Assembly: GCF_964204645.1 (NCBI RefSeq) | Contig: NC_134034.1 | Location: 11,234,962-11,298,961, forward strand | Length of the DNA: 64,000 nt | Source: Tubulanus polymorphus | Lineage: Eukaryota; Animalia; Nemertea | Direction: 5' to 3' | Part shown: in pieces, positions 14,064-27,710 of the stretch | Layout: each line of letters begins with the position of its first letter | How positions within the stretch are numbered: the stretch's first letter is position 1 | Translations under genes and position numbers: made by a program | Notes under the pieces: generated by a model | Database searches by the model: none | The model's input: the letters and a program-made list of their open reading frames with translations, nothing else | What the model was told of the DNA's origin: nothing

Positions 14064-14323
14064 AGTCGTTGGAGTCGTTACTAGCCGACCATAATCCGGT
14101 CGTACCAATCACAGCGCTTGTAACAAACCGTCAGTAGACTTTTGTTGGCTTTCCCGTTAAATTGACCAATCAGCGAACGTTTTACCGAACAAGGAAGTAT
14201 TTCGCAAATCGATATATGCGCCTCATGCGCAACAGCACCAGTAATGAAATCACGCTTCGTGAGGCCAGGGGGCTGGTGGAAGCGAGTTCGGGTGTGATAC
14301 CGGACCCCTGGCAAGCGAGGATG
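14064..14323 (+). mobile_element. Dispersed repeat of about 260 bp with the GGCAAGCGAGGATG terminus
   Basis: A highly similar reverse-complement copy lies at 48310-48567. The terminus is shared with the TIR of 12190-12481 and with a fragment at about 49110-49135. Confidence 0.8.
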
Positions 14324-14417
14324 ATATAGTTGCGGAACTTGGTGGTCCAAAGCGCGGAATAGCGCCCCGCTCAAAGTTACATGTGGAGCTATTCGGGTAC
14401 GCACAATTAGTTTTCCT

Positions 14418-14505
14418 ACCGACAGACCGACAGACCGACGGACCGACGGACCGACAGAACGACGGACCGACAGACCGACAGAACGACAGACCGACAGACT
14501 GACAA
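14418..14505. repeat. (ACCGACAG/ACCGACGG)n 8-bp repeat
   Basis: Seen directly. Confidence 0.85.
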
Positions 14506-14888
14506 ACGGTAAGATTTAATCAGTCCAATATCGGCGGATTAATTTCAAATACCGGACGCGATGACCGATGTGATAAGTCTCTTATCAACTTGGTTCCATG
14601 CGGTCATTTGCCCTGGCTTAAGTGGTGTATAACATATCAACTGTGGTCAGGGTCGACTCTTTCATTTTGTGACATTTTGATCGTTGAGTAATGGCGCGTC
14701 TGCGGTAAATACGACAATGGACAGCACTATATTACTGATGACCCTCGATACATCACTACACTCTAACCCTCTGCGTAAATTACAAATCCGATTTCGCACG
14801 GTTCAACGGACAACTAAAGGCTTATCAGCGCGACGGAACTCGCCTCACAATCACGGATAAGCTGCGGTTGTGTCATCTGGCACGAGCG

Positions 14889-15613
14889 GGGAGATGGGCG
14901 GCAGAGGGAGAGGGAAGAGATAGAGGAGATGGAGAGGGAGTGTTAGAGAGAGGGGAGAGATGGCAGAGGAAGGGGAGTAAAAGAGGTAGATGGAAGAGTG
15001 GAGTGAGGGAGGAAGAGAGAGGAGAGAGGGAGGGGTAGAGAGAGATGGGCGGCAGAGGGAGAGGGAAGAGATAGGGGAGATGGAGAGGGAGTGTTAGAGA
15101 GAGGGGAGAGATGGCAGAGGGAGGGGAGTAAAAGAGGTAGAGGGAAGAGTTGAGTGAGAGAGGAAGAGAGAGGAGAGAGGGAGGGGTAGAGAGAGATGGG
15201 CGGCAGAGGGAGAGGGAAGAGATAGAGGAGATGGAGAGAGAGTGTTAGAGAGAGGGGAGAGATGGCGGAGGAAGGGGAGTAAAAGAGGTAGAGGAAAGAG
15301 TGGAGTGAGGGAGGAAGAGAGAGGAGAGAGGGAGGGGTAGAGAGAGATGGGCGGCAGAGGGAGAGGGAAGAGATAGGGGAGATGGAGAGGGAGTGTTAGA
15401 GAGAGGGGAGAGATGGCAGAGGGAGGGGAGTAAAAGAGGTAGAGGGAAGAATTGAGTGAGAGAGGAAGAGAGAGGAAAGAGAGAGAGGGGCAGAGAGAGA
15501 GAGAGAGAGGGTGATAAAGAGAGGGTGAGAGAGGAGTGAGATAAGATAGAGTGAGAGAAGAGAGAGGAGAGACAGAGTGAGTGAGAGGAGAGAGAGAGGA
15601 GAAATGGAGAGAG
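14889..15613. repeat. GA-rich tract with a 151-bp tandem unit (about 4 copies)
   Basis: GAGATGGGCGGCAGAGGG recurs at 14891, 15042, 15193 and 15344, followed by degenerate GA sequence. Confidence 0.9.
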
Positions 15614-16066
15614 CGGTCAGTCAATTTGTCAAAGTCGTACTTGCGTATCGTCGTTATCTATACTATAAAAAAGTCCAGACACGACAGGAGTCTGATAAAT
15701 AATTCAATGTCAGGAAAACGTCATTAAAATGTCATTTTCTATATTTTGCCCCCACACTTCCCGGCGAGACCGAATCGTGCGTGCGGACAGATTTGTCAAA
15801 TGATCCGATTTCGCACAATCGATTCAGAAAATAGATACGAAACGAAATGAGGACTTCACGGATGTTCTTTTTTTTGGTTGTTTACGATGAAATATTATTG
15901 ACGTTATGAAAGATTGAGAAGCGATCCTGTACGCGACGTATAAGTTTTTTTTTCGATGTCTTGTTCGCGGAACACGACGGATAATTGCACCGGCAAATAT
16001 TAGATCGAGAACAACATCGTCGCATCCCAGAGGACTCCACAGTGGCGATAGAGGATACATAAATTA

Positions 16067-16330
16067 CTTGTGGCAAGTGAGCATCAACAGGCGTCGCTTG
16101 TGTGCACTAGACCAACAGGATTCCATTTGTGGCAAATGGAGATCTACCAGGTGGCACTAGTTTGCAGTAGGGCATCGACGACTGCGGAAAAAGAGTATTC
16201 CACTTGTGGCAAGCGAGGATCCACCAGGTGTGCTAGTGCGCAGTACGACATCGACTAGTGCGGCCAAGGAGTTTCCACTTGTGGCAAGCGAGAAGCCGCC
16301 AGGTGTGCTAGTGTGCAGTAGGGCATTGAT
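16067..16330. repeat. Degenerate tandem repeat of about 60-76 bp (TTGTGGCAAGCGAGGATCCACCAGGTGTGCTAGT)
   Basis: 4 copies, with a related fragment at about 32221-32276. Confidence 0.7.
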
Positions 16331-17465
16331 GCGCCACAAAGTCGATTGAAATCTATCCTTCATTTGTTCAAATGCTATGATGAATGATGAATACGGATTG
16401 CCCCCATTATATGAACTGAGAAGATCAATCTGAGTTCATCAAAGTGACATGCACCATTCACTATGTGATGAATTTCCATTGAAAATGAAGAAAAATTTGA
16501 TCGAATTGGCCAATTGTTGTGCACGCCATCTGGCGGGATATCCGCTGGTGGCACGGGTCTCACTACAAAACGACGGCTCTTATTACAAAACCAAAAATGG
16601 ATAGAATATAATTGATATAGATGATGGCGCCTAACGTGTAGACGTTATGGGGATTTTTTTTTAATCTTAAAATAGGGATTGTCCATGTTATTTATTTGGT
16701 TGGTAAATTTCGTTTGATTTTTTGATTGACGTAGGTCGTACAATCCGATCTTATTCGCTCAGAAAACGACATACATCACCCGATTCATATCCTGTTTTCA
16801 TTCTGCAGCAGACGAAGCCGTTTAACTATTAAAACAGACGGATGAGATCGTCGTTATTGGCAACATGCTCCTGCAAAATGATAATCTTTCATTGCGAAAC
16901 CGCGCCCTTTAGTATGTGAACGGTAACTTCATGTAAAAAAAACATCACATGACATTCATACAAAAACATGCGTTTATAAACACGTGATACGTGACGTTGA
17001 CTAGACCGGTGGTGGTTATTACCAAGAGAAACTTATACGATATCCGTTCAAGCAACTATTATTTCAGGATATGTCGTTCAGTCCTGATGGGGCTTCTAAA
17101 ACGACCCCCTACTGAACTATATCCGTCATTTTGAAATAAACTATGAAGGATTCCACCCGAAACGCAAGAAAAGGGACGAAGATAGTTGTTCAAATTGATG
17201 TTGTGGGTTTCTCTCGATGGAAAAAGTCTCAACTGTTTATATTTTCGAATACGGTCTGAAGATGGTGGAAGATTTCCACCTGGAACGTACGAAAAAAAAA
17301 ACAATAACAGTTGTTTAAATTGATATTGTGAGTTTATTACAATGATATTCATCAGGACTGGAACTATTTACACTCGGTGGTTCCACACACTTCTCGGCTC
17401 AGGTTTCTTAGAAACATTTACCGATAATCTGGATATCCTAGATCCAGTATTGAAAGTGGTGAATC

Positions 17466-18869
17466 GAAACGTCACTACTCCCTTAGATTTTGAAAATGTC
17501 TCATAGAATTGAGTCTAAACGTCACTACTCCCTTAGATTTGAAAATGTCTCATAGAATCGAGTCTAAACGTCACTACTCTCTTAGTTTTAAAAATGGCTC
17601 ATAGAATTGAGTCTAAACGTCACTAATCTCTTAGTTTTAAAAATGGCTCATAGAATTGAGTCTAAACGTCACTACTCTCTTAGTTTTAAAAATGGCTCAT
17701 AGAATTGAGTCTAAACGTCACAACTCTCTTAGTTTTGAAAATGTCTCATAGAATTGAGTCTAAACGTCACTACTCCCTTAGATTTGAAAATGTCTCATAG
17801 AATCGAGTCTAAACGTCACTACTCTCTTAGTTTTAAAAATGGCTCATAGAATTGAGTCTAAACGTCACTAATCTCTTAGTTTTAAAAATGGCTCATAGAA
17901 TTGAGTCTAAACGTCACAACTCTCTTAGTTTTGAAAATGTCTCATAGAATTGAGTCTAAACGTCACTACTCCCTTAGATTTGAAAATGTCTCATAGAATC
18001 GAGTCTAAACGTCACTACTCTCTTAGTTTTAAAAATGGCTCATAGAATTGAGTCTAAACGTCACTAATCTCTTAGTTTTAAAAATGGCTCATAGAATTGA
18101 GTCTAAACGTCACAACTCTCTTAGTTTTGAAAATGTCTCATAGAATTGAGTCTAAACGTCACTACTCCCTTAGATTTGAAAATGTCTCATAGAATCGAGT
18201 CTAAACGTCACTACTCTCTTAGTTTTGAAAATGGCTCTTAGAATTGAGTCTAAACGTCACTACTCCCTTAGATTTGTAAATGGCTCATAGAATTGAGTCT
18301 AAACGTCACTACTCTCTAAGTTTTGAAAAAAGCTCATAGAATTGTGTCTAAACGTCACTACTCTCTTAGTTTTAAAAATGGCTCATAAGAATTGAGTCTA
18401 AACGTCACTACTCTCTTAGTTTTGAAAAAAGCTCATAGAATTGAGTCTAAAGGTCACTACTCTCTTAGTTTTTGAAAATGTCTCATAGAATTGAGTCTAA
18501 ACGTCACTACTCTCTTAGTTTTGAAAAAAGCTCATAGAATTCAGTCTAAACGTCACTACTCTCTAAGTTTTGAAAAAAGCTCATAGAATTGTGTCTAAAC
18601 GTCACTACTCTCTTAGTTTTAAAAATGGCTCATAAGAATTGAGTCTAAACGTCACTACTCTCTTAGTTTTGAAAAAAGCTCATAGAATTGAGTCTAAAGG
18701 TCACTACTCTCTTAGTTTTTGAAAATGTCTCATAGAATTGAGTCTAAACGTCACTACTGTCTTGGTTTTTGAAAATGGCTCATAGAATTAAGTCTAAACG
18801 TCACTACTCTCTTAGTTTTTAAAATGGCTCATAGAATTGATTCTAAACGTCACTACTCTCTTAGTTTTC
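17466..18869 (+). repeat. 49-bp satellite array 1 (CTCATAGAATTGAGTCTAAACGTCACTACTCTCTTAGTTTTGAAAATGG)
   Basis: About 28 tandem monomers. Confidence 0.97.
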
Positions 18870-19912
18870 TTCAAAATTGAATCACAGATAGTCACTGTGT
18901 CTATAGAAACCATCCTGGACCCCTTCAATATGGTTGTTTCTTTTCTCTTTTTAGCGTTTATTCAACAGCAACAGCAACAAACAGATTCACTCGAAAATCA
19001 ATTGTAAAATGGAATGATTTGTCATTTCATCAATATAGCCGTTTAATATCGCGACCGTTTATGATGAGAAAATCGAATCGCACGGTAAGTAATGACGTCA
19101 TTTTCGCGTGCGTTTGACGCTTGAGGCGAGTGTACCGCAAACGTAACGTCGTGACGTAAACTACACCGTAAAAAGTAACCGGCGTTGATACGATCGAAAC
19201 AATATATAGTAACACGTAACGATTACGATCGAACGAGAGGATTATCGAAACGACGAACGCACGCGACGCGAATTAACGTGATGTGCGGAATACATCGAAA
19301 TGTTGACTTCGTCGGCGACGCCTGGAAAATCTAGGGTGCAAATAAATTCATTAGTTTATATATGAAATACGTCATATAGATTCGCTGACGAATCTCGGTG
19401 CAAGAAACGCGGCTGGATTCTTGTTTCGGTACCGCGCGCGCCCGTCAGAATTTTAGGCGCCGTGTTCTCGTTCGCGGCCAGTGATCAGTGTTCAGAGATT
19501 GTCGATTTGCATTTCGAACGTAAATTAGCGCCCCGTGTGCTAACGACGCGCGCGCGCTGTTTCGATAAGTTACAATTTCCTGCGTGAAGCGAAATCGAGA
19601 AATAGCATTTAGACATCGACGACGGCATCGCTCGACAGGCTCCACAGTCGGTTAGGTGTCGCTGAGTGCGGATACGCGAGCGTATGCGTTGTAACCGGGT
19701 CAGCGGGTAACGATAGCTGTCATCGATTAGGATAAAAACTTGTTGGTTTAATTAGTAATTAATTGTTAATTAGGAAAATTCTGTTTAAAGTGGATTTCAT
19801 CGGCTGCCTATGACAATAGAAGATACTTTGATTGAAGATACTTCGTAACAGCGCCAGTTGCGGCTCCATAATTTCATCAGTTTCGGTTGCGAAGCTTCAA
19901 CGGAAAGATAAG

Positions 19913-19936
19913 ATGGTATCTGTTATCAGAAGTAAG
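19913..19936 (+). CDS. Candidate short initial coding segment (MVSVIRSK) at the end of an alternative 5' exon
   Basis: ATG in a strong context (AAGATGG) followed by the perfect donor AAG|GTAAGT in phase 0, which is compatible with the acceptor at 41510. The join is inferred. Confidence 0.35.
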
Positions 19937-20185
19937 GTAAGTCTACTTATCGTTTTCTATTTCTTATCGCTTCGAAACTTTTATTCTCGCGAATGAAATG
20001 GTCTCATGATAATATGATTTCTGGATGATGAAATTTATCAGAAATTTGTCAGAACTGAAGGTCAATAGAACAAGCAATAAAAATAAAAACAACTAGGGGT
20101 ATCGTCGAAACTCCAAAATTCTAAACAGTTAATTAAGAGTGATTAGATATCACGTAACTAGGATGGAGATAGTTTAGTTTAGGAA

Positions 20186-20570
20186 ATTGGCTCATAGAAT
20201 TGAGTCTAAACGTCACGACTCTCATAGTTTTAAAGATGGCTCATAGAATTGAGTCTAAACGTCACTACTCTCTTAGTTTTGAAAATGACTCGTAGAATTG
20301 AGTCTAAACGTCACTACTCTCTTAGTTTTGAAAATGACTCGTAGAATTGAGTCTAAACGTCACTACTCTCTTAGTTTTGAAAATGGCTCATAAGAATTGA
20401 GTCTAAACGTCACTACTCTCTTAGTTTTAAAGATGGCTCATAGAATTGAGTATAAACGTCACTACTCTCTTAGTTTTAAAGATGGCTCATAGTATTGAGT
20501 CTAAACGTCACTACTCTCTTAGTTTTGAAAATGGCTCATAAGAATTGAGTCTAAACGTCACTACTCTCTT
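20186..20570 (+). repeat. 49-bp satellite array 2
   Basis: About 8 monomers of the same unit. Confidence 0.96.
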
Positions 20571-21089
20571 GCTGCTTCTTCGAACGTAACAGGGTGAGTG
20601 ATGTCACAACAGAGCTACAGGGCCGCCGGGTTAGAATTAACTACGTATTGAAATTAAACGGTTTCAGTTTATTTGATGTTGAAGATCGCGCATTAGACAC
20701 TTCAATTAAATCGAACATTGAAATGGGGACGACTCGGCGGCACGGGCGAGCTTTCAAAAAAAACCTCGTCGGATTCGTTTCCCTTTCACGCCTGTGCGGA
20801 CTCGACGAGCGATTCGGCGGAAAATTGGAATTACCAGCGGACAGGAAATCAAGCAGAAACACACACCGTTACTAAATGATGTTAGATTTCATACGTTATA
20901 AACGGCTCATTTCACGCGTTATGAATCGATATGAGACCTGCGACATAAGAGATAAGATATAAGACAAGTTCAAGTTAGTTCACCTATTACATGATGATGC
21001 TATTCTTCTTCGACACATAATTTCGATGCGACATAAGACTTGAGATCAGTACAGCTTATTTTTACTTCACAAGTTTTTTATATAGTGCT

Positions 21090-21520
21090 ATTTTGACGCC
21101 GTAAAAACCGTTACAATAATGTTTATTTTTATTGATATCTAGTACGCGTAAGTGCATCGGGTTCTACGTAAGTCGATGTGCACTACGTCATCAATACTTG
21201 CGTTTTAAAATAACGATAATTATATACAAAAGTGAATTTTGCAGTTTAATTTGTACGTAGTTGAATAGCCTATATTTCATAACCCTCACTTAATATTTGA
21301 TGACTTTCGATAATCATTTTGAGAGGATGTGCACTACGTCATCAAGACATGAAACTAGACTGGTTGCCGGTCGATTCAATTCAATCATCGATGTATTCAA
21401 ATCCAAAATGACTTCATTGATCTCTAATATTATATAATTTACATCAGATCATTTATTGTCGACAATTCGAAACAATATCTGTGTTATTTTTCAAGGCGTC
21501 GATGAAATTTCATGTTAGTT
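21090..21520 (-). mobile_element. Composite dispersed repeat of about 430 bp
   Basis: Reverse-complement homologue of 23120-23411 and 49490-49918. Shared motifs are GGCAACCAGTCTAG, GATGACGTAGTGCACATC (twice) and ACGGTTTTTACGGCGTCAAAA. Confidence 0.7.
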
Positions 21521-23119
21521 TTCATAGGCCAACTTATAACCATTAGATGTGCGATATAAGATCTAAGATCTAAGAAGACATAAGATATAAGACTTAAGAT
21601 CAGACCATTTTATTGTAACGGGGCGCTATTTTCTCGATAACGGCTCATTCGATTTGCAATATATCGACATAAGCATCTTCTCGAGACACGAGAATTTCCA
21701 TATTCAGTATCATTCCGTCACGTCAAAGTTTGGCGGTGCTAACTGTATCCCACAGTTTGTCTTTGATTCAAGTTCCTAATCAAGAGGAAAACGCAGGAAA
21801 TATTTTCAATTCTAAATGGTGAAATTTCTGTCGGGATCAGTTTCTACTCGTTTCTAGTGTCCCAACAACAAAATCTATAGTTCACTAGGGATATTGTGAC
21901 TGACAGCCGAAATATCGAACAGCGTGACAAGACTTTAAGCGACACCAAGTTTAATTCGTCAAAATACGTCTAAAGTATCCAAGATTCAATTTTCTAATCT
22001 AGAAATCTAGAAAGTATGTAGATTAAAAATCGATTTATTGAAATGCGGAAATTTCTGGAATACTCTCGGGATAGTTTCATTTTGTTCCTAGTATCCCGAC
22101 AAACCCTCATGGATAACGGCATAGTGACAGTTATCCACCGGGATACTGGCAAAATCGGATCCCGATATTAAAGAGAAAAAATACACGACTGAGAAATGAT
22201 GCCGAGCTTAGATCACGAAATTCAGTCTTGAGATGATTCTGTGGGCTTGTATATTTCGATAGATTTCACGCCTTGTTTCACCATACTAAAGCCTCAATTG
22301 TTAAAGAATTGGACGAAAGAATACCGGCGATACCAGGAATTCGGGGCCAGCTAATTTTCGCCGAGCGTTTATATCGTCGGTAAAAAGCAATTTTCAAGAT
22401 TTCAGAGAATTGATTGAGCCCCCTTCTGGTTGCCGTGATTTCCGCGTGTCCCCGAGGATTTAAGAGGATTTACACAAAATGACATCTCGAAGGCGGTAAA
22501 AATCCTCTTTTGTCTCCGGCACTGTTTGACTACCGTAATCCTTAATAGAACCGCCGTTCGATCGAATTGCAAGCTACTGTACCTCGAGTCCTGGCCTGAT
22601 CGGTGTCTCATTTCGCGATTGGAAGTCGTGGAAATGGTGTTGGAACATAACATGGATAAAAGACACAATATCGTTCAATATTCGTTAATTTGAATTGAAT
22701 TTATTTCGGTCTGTCACGTGACACTTCGCGTAAATGTTTCTGGCAACTCGTCTTCGGAATCTGAAATCGTTGAAAACTGAATTCAGCGCCGTTTAGAAAT
22801 CGACGCGCGCCTCGGGTATTTCAAACTGTAATCGAGTTATCATAATTACTAGAGTCCTGACTGAACGCAGCTGAAACGGCACCTGAACGAATGATACAGC
22901 ACCGGAGAATGATCGAACGATTTCCGGCATTTCACGACCTTCCGCCTGAAAACAGCGTGATCGAGAACCACCCGCCCCCTGCGCGAGAGCCAACCGCTCC
23001 CCGGTGACTCTCTCTGACAACAAGAGCATTGTTCCAATATATCGTTCTTAAAATCAGTTCGTTTTCGATGAGTAAGGCTGAGTCAGAGTCGAATAAAATC
23101 GGAGAACGCCGTGGAATAA

Positions 23120-23411
23120 GAAAACTAACTTGAAATCTTATTGACGCCTTGAAAACGAAACATATGGATTTGAATATATCGATAATTGAATTGAATTGAC
23201 CGGCAACCAGTCCAGCCAAAATTTGATGACGTAGTGCACATCCTCTCAAAAATGAATTAAGGGTTATGAAATATATTCAATCACAAAATAAACGCCAAAA
23301 TTCAAATTGTTATTTTGTTAACGCCAATATCGATGACGTGGTGCACATCGACTCACACACAACATACTAGGTATCGATCGAACATTTTTAACGGTTTTTA
23401 AGGCGCCAAAA
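23120..23411 (+). mobile_element. Composite dispersed repeat, second copy
   Basis: Same ordered motifs as 21090-21520 and 49490-49918. Confidence 0.7.
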
Positions 23412-23906
23412 GAAAGAATGAACCATAAAGAACCAATAGATCTTATGATAACAGATGGCATTTATCGATTTAATAAACCTTCCGTGAAACTGCGGGGGAC
23501 CCGCAAAATAAAAATAAGTCATTATTGAGGCCTACAATTTTTCACTCCATTTCAAAATCTTTTTAAAACGAATCTGGAAAAAGTAATCGGATTTGGATTC
23601 GCCATTGCCAGACGCAGTTTCGACAAATACAGCTGAGGTAAACATCCGTGGGCCGTAATCAGTTGCCGCAGTTTTCGAGGACAGAGAGACTGTTTCTAGC
23701 AGCCAGAAGACTAGTCCATTATAGCATCGGCTTCTGGCTGAGCTGCGCGTCATTATCGAGAGATTGAATGCCAGATAAACTAATCGAGACACTGGTTAAT
23801 TATTCAGTACCGCAGACTTAGTACTTAACACCACTCACTGTCACGAGGTCCACGTGGTGTCCGAATGGCGGCGGCAGAATCAAACAGTCGTCACCGCGGA
23901 TACTGT

Positions 23907-24003
23907 CAGTGGCGGATTTAGGAGGGGGGGGGGTGACACAGGGGGTCTGTGTGAAAAGAAAACCACACCTCTAGGCCCCTAAGTATGGTACATCCGCCGT
24001 CAG
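23907..24003. mobile_element. Degenerate MITE with CAGTGGCGGAT...ATCCGCC termini
   Basis: Short inverted termini around a G-run. Similar termini occur at about 11438, 30020-30035 and 35747. Confidence 0.35.
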
Positions 24004-24796
24004 ATCTCCGTCGCTCTACGGCCCTTGTGTTCCCACCCAGACAGACAGACTTGAGTATCCAAATTTGCGTGACTTTTAAGTCACAATATTTAAAGTATCG
24101 AAAAAATGATGTTCGTGTTTTTGTCTGTGATATCGTGGTGGAACCTGCGATTTGCTGTTTTGCACGACCCCGACCTCAATCAAGCCGGTGTAGTCACGAA
24201 CCAGTCGTGCGCGCGTAGTTAGCTATACCACTGCAACACCACGTGATCGGTCATTTTACCGATATGGCGCGTCACATCCGTGCGCGCGCGTAGATATCTA
24301 TATGCGGCCACTTTCATCATTCTGACCAGCAATTTTGACCGAAGTGCTTACTGTACGTAGTTGCTCGAGATCGGCGTCTGATTAAGATTGCTGTTGTCAT
24401 GCACGCTACCAGTCCCCTACTCTCTCACGCCACTCTCTACCAAATTGATATCTGGCAGCGTGACGGGCATACTTCCTCGGTCATCGAGGTTATTACGACC
24501 AACAAAACCGAATCATTTCGACCGCCATCTTAAACACACATGTATATATCGTATCTCATTATGGCCTACTTGATGCAAACTCATAGTTATCTTGTGTCGG
24601 TGACATTTGACGATTCTGCGAATCAGCAAGGAACGTTGCGAAGATGTTTTTCCGAGGATCGCAAATATATTAACATATCTGGTGTGAAAATAAGCTAATC
24701 AATGATTCATATCATTTCTGAATGGGGTGTATATGGAATATGGTAGGTTTTCATATACAAACAGTATACGTTGAAGAAAAACGTTTCGACTCTTCG

Positions 24797-26378
24797 ATAG
24801 AATTGAGTCTAAACGTCACTTAGTTTTTGTAAATGTCTCATAGAATTGAGTCTAAACGTCACTACCCTCTTAGTTCTGAAAATGGCTCAGATTAATTGAG
24901 CCTAAACGTCATTACTCTCTTAGTTTTGAGAACGGCTCATAGAATTGAGTCTAAACATCACTACTGTCTCAGTTTTAAAAATGGCTCATAGAATTGAGTC
25001 TAAACGTCACGACTCTCTAAGTTTTTGAGAACGGCTCATAGAATTGAGTCTAAACGTCACTACTCTCTTAGTTTTGAAAATGGCTCATAGAATTGAGTCT
25101 AAACATCACTACTGTCTTAGTTTTAAAAATGGCTCATAGAATTGAGTCTAAACGTCACGACTCTCTAAGTTTTTGAGAACGGCTCATAGAATTGAGTCTA
25201 AACGTCACTACTCTCTAAGTTTTGAAAATGGCTCATAGAATTGAGTCTAAACATCACTACTGTCTCAGTTTTAAAAATGGCTCATAGAATTGAGTCTAAA
25301 CGTCACGACTCTCTAAGTTTTTGAGAACGGCTCATAGAATTGAGTCTAAACGTCACTACTCTCTTAGTTTTTGAAAAAGGCTCATAGAATTGAGTCTAAA
25401 CGTCACGACTCTCTAAGTTTTTGAGAACCGTTCATAGAATTGAGTCTAAACGTCACAACTCTCTTAGTTTTGAGAACGGCTCATAGTATTGAGTCTAAAC
25501 GTCACAACTCTCTTTGTTTTGAAAATGGCTCATAGAATTGAGTCTAAACGTCACAACTCTCTTTGTTTTAAAAATGGCTCATAGAATTGAGTCTAAACGT
25601 CACGACTCTCTAAGTTTTTGAGAACGGCTCATAGAATTGAGTCTAAACGTCACTACTCTCTTAGTTTTGAAAATGGCTCATAGAATTGAGTCTAAACGTC
25701 ACTTAGTTTTTGTTAATGTCTCATAGAATTGAGTCTAAACGTCACTACCCTCTTAGTTTTGAAAATGGCTCAGATTAATTGAGCCTAAACGTCACTACTC
25801 TCTTAGTTTTGAGAACGGCTCATAGAATTGAGTCTAAACATCACTACTGTCTCAGTTTTAAAAATGGCTCATAGAATTGAGTCTAAACGTCACGACTCTC
25901 TAAGTTTTTGAGAACGGCTCATAGAATTGAGTCTAAACGTCACTACTCTCTAAGTTTTGAAAACGGCTCATAGAATTGAGTCTAAACGCCACTACTCTCT
26001 TAGTTTTGAAAATAGCTCATAGAATTGAGTCTAAACGTCACTACTCTCTTAGTTTTGAGAACGGCTCATAGAATTGAGTCTAAACGTCACTACTCTCTTA
26101 GTTTTGAAAATAGCTCATAGAATTGAGTCTAAACGTCACTACTCTCTTAGTTTTGAGAACGGCTCATAGAATTGAGTCTAAACGTCACTACTCTCTTAGT
26201 TTTGAGAACGGCTCATAGAATTGAGTCTAAACGTCACAACTCTCTTTGTTTTGAAAATGGCTCATAGAATTGAGTCTAAACGTCACAACTCTCTTTGTTT
26301 TGAAAATGTCTCATAGAATTGAGTCTAAACGTCACTACTCTCTAAGTTTTGAAAATGGCTCAGAATTGAGCCACTACT
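24797..26378 (+). repeat. 49-bp satellite array 3
   Basis: About 32 monomers. Confidence 0.97.
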
Positions 26379-27218
26379 CGCGTCGCATATCCTGTGGGTA
26401 TTTTCTTCATATTTTTTTCAGGTCTAGCATTGCTTAAAATATTCAAATTTCTAGAATTGGAACGGCATCAGATGAGAGATGTCGAATGCCTGACAGGTTC
26501 GTTTGCGGATCAAAATATGACAACTGTGACACTATCTAATAACGGAGGGATGAACAAGAATTAAATTGTGCCGAAGTTCGTTCTCGCGAGAACTAGCGAG
26601 ATCTCGTATATCATACGAGTCATTAATCACCATACGAAATGGCAAATGTCAAATGTAGCCCGTAGTAATCCAGGACTTGTTTTCATAAACTGATATATAC
26701 TTTACCCCCGGGGTCAACTATCAAGTCAACAGATAAAACCCCCTTCAGCGGTTTGTAGAAACACGACAACCAACCCGTATATATTTCAACGAGAAAATGA
26801 AGGTGATGTCATCCCTTATACCGCGCCATCATTACCGATAGTCTGTTCGTAATCCGTTGCCATCTATCATTCTTAGTTTCTCGTTTAAAAAAGGCGTCAA
26901 TTTTTTTTCGAATGAGAAAAAAATGAAAATCGATCGAACGAAGATCGGTTCGGCGGATCCAGGATGTAGACTGCTTTGACAGCGGCGCAAAGGAATATAA
27001 AAGGGCAAACTGTTAAAACGGGCAACGGAGTCTAGACAGTTTGCAAATTTCGGTACATCTTAATGCAATTTACAGCCACTAGATTGGAGAATAAAGAGAA
27101 CTAAATTAATAGCTAAATAAATTGTTTCTAAAACTATGACAATTTATTTGTTTATCAAAATCGGAAAAATTGCGATTAGAGCACATTATGCTCCTTACGC
27201 TCCTATAAAGATCCACTC

Positions 27219-27258
27219 AGGAGCAGGAGCAGGAACAGGAGCAGGAACAGGAGCAGGA

Positions 27259-27308
<50 letters not shown>

Positions 27309-27311
27309 GGG
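27219..27311. repeat. (GGAGCA/GGAACA)n hexamer repeat
   Basis: Seen directly. It yields the GA/GT-repeat ORF 27136. Confidence 0.9.
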
Positions 27312-27523
27312 AGTTCTTTTCTGAAAACGAACAGCTGCAGCTGCAGTGTGACGTGTTTCTCATAGATGGCAGACGAACAGCTCGATCGAACTCTTCACTC
27401 GCAGTGGAATAAGCTGGACTCGATAAATACAGTAAACTTCGCCTTACGCGGACGTTTACCTTACTCGGACCTTAGAGTAATCAGACTGATTACTCCACGA
27501 TTGGACAAACAAAAAATTATTAA

Positions 27524-27710
27524 GGACTGGTCTCAAGTTGTAAGATTAGTTATAGGACCATAATGAACTAAGACTGGTCTTAAGTTGTTAGATTGGCTAT
27601 AGAACCAAAATGAGTTTAGACTGGTCTTAAGTTGTTAGATTGGCTTTAAAACCTAGAAAGCTTAGACCTGGTTTTGAGTTGCCAGATTGGTTATAGAGCC
27701 AAATGAGCTT
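27524..27710 (+). repeat. Array of about 45-bp units (GACTGGTCTTAAGTTGTTAGATTGGCTATAGAACC...) matching the interior of MITE family B
   Basis: About 4 copies of the same unit found inside 32443-32627. Confidence 0.8.

Noticed and set aside
27136-27324. Silk-like GAGAGT protein
   Set aside because: It is a short hexamer microsatellite with no exon context.
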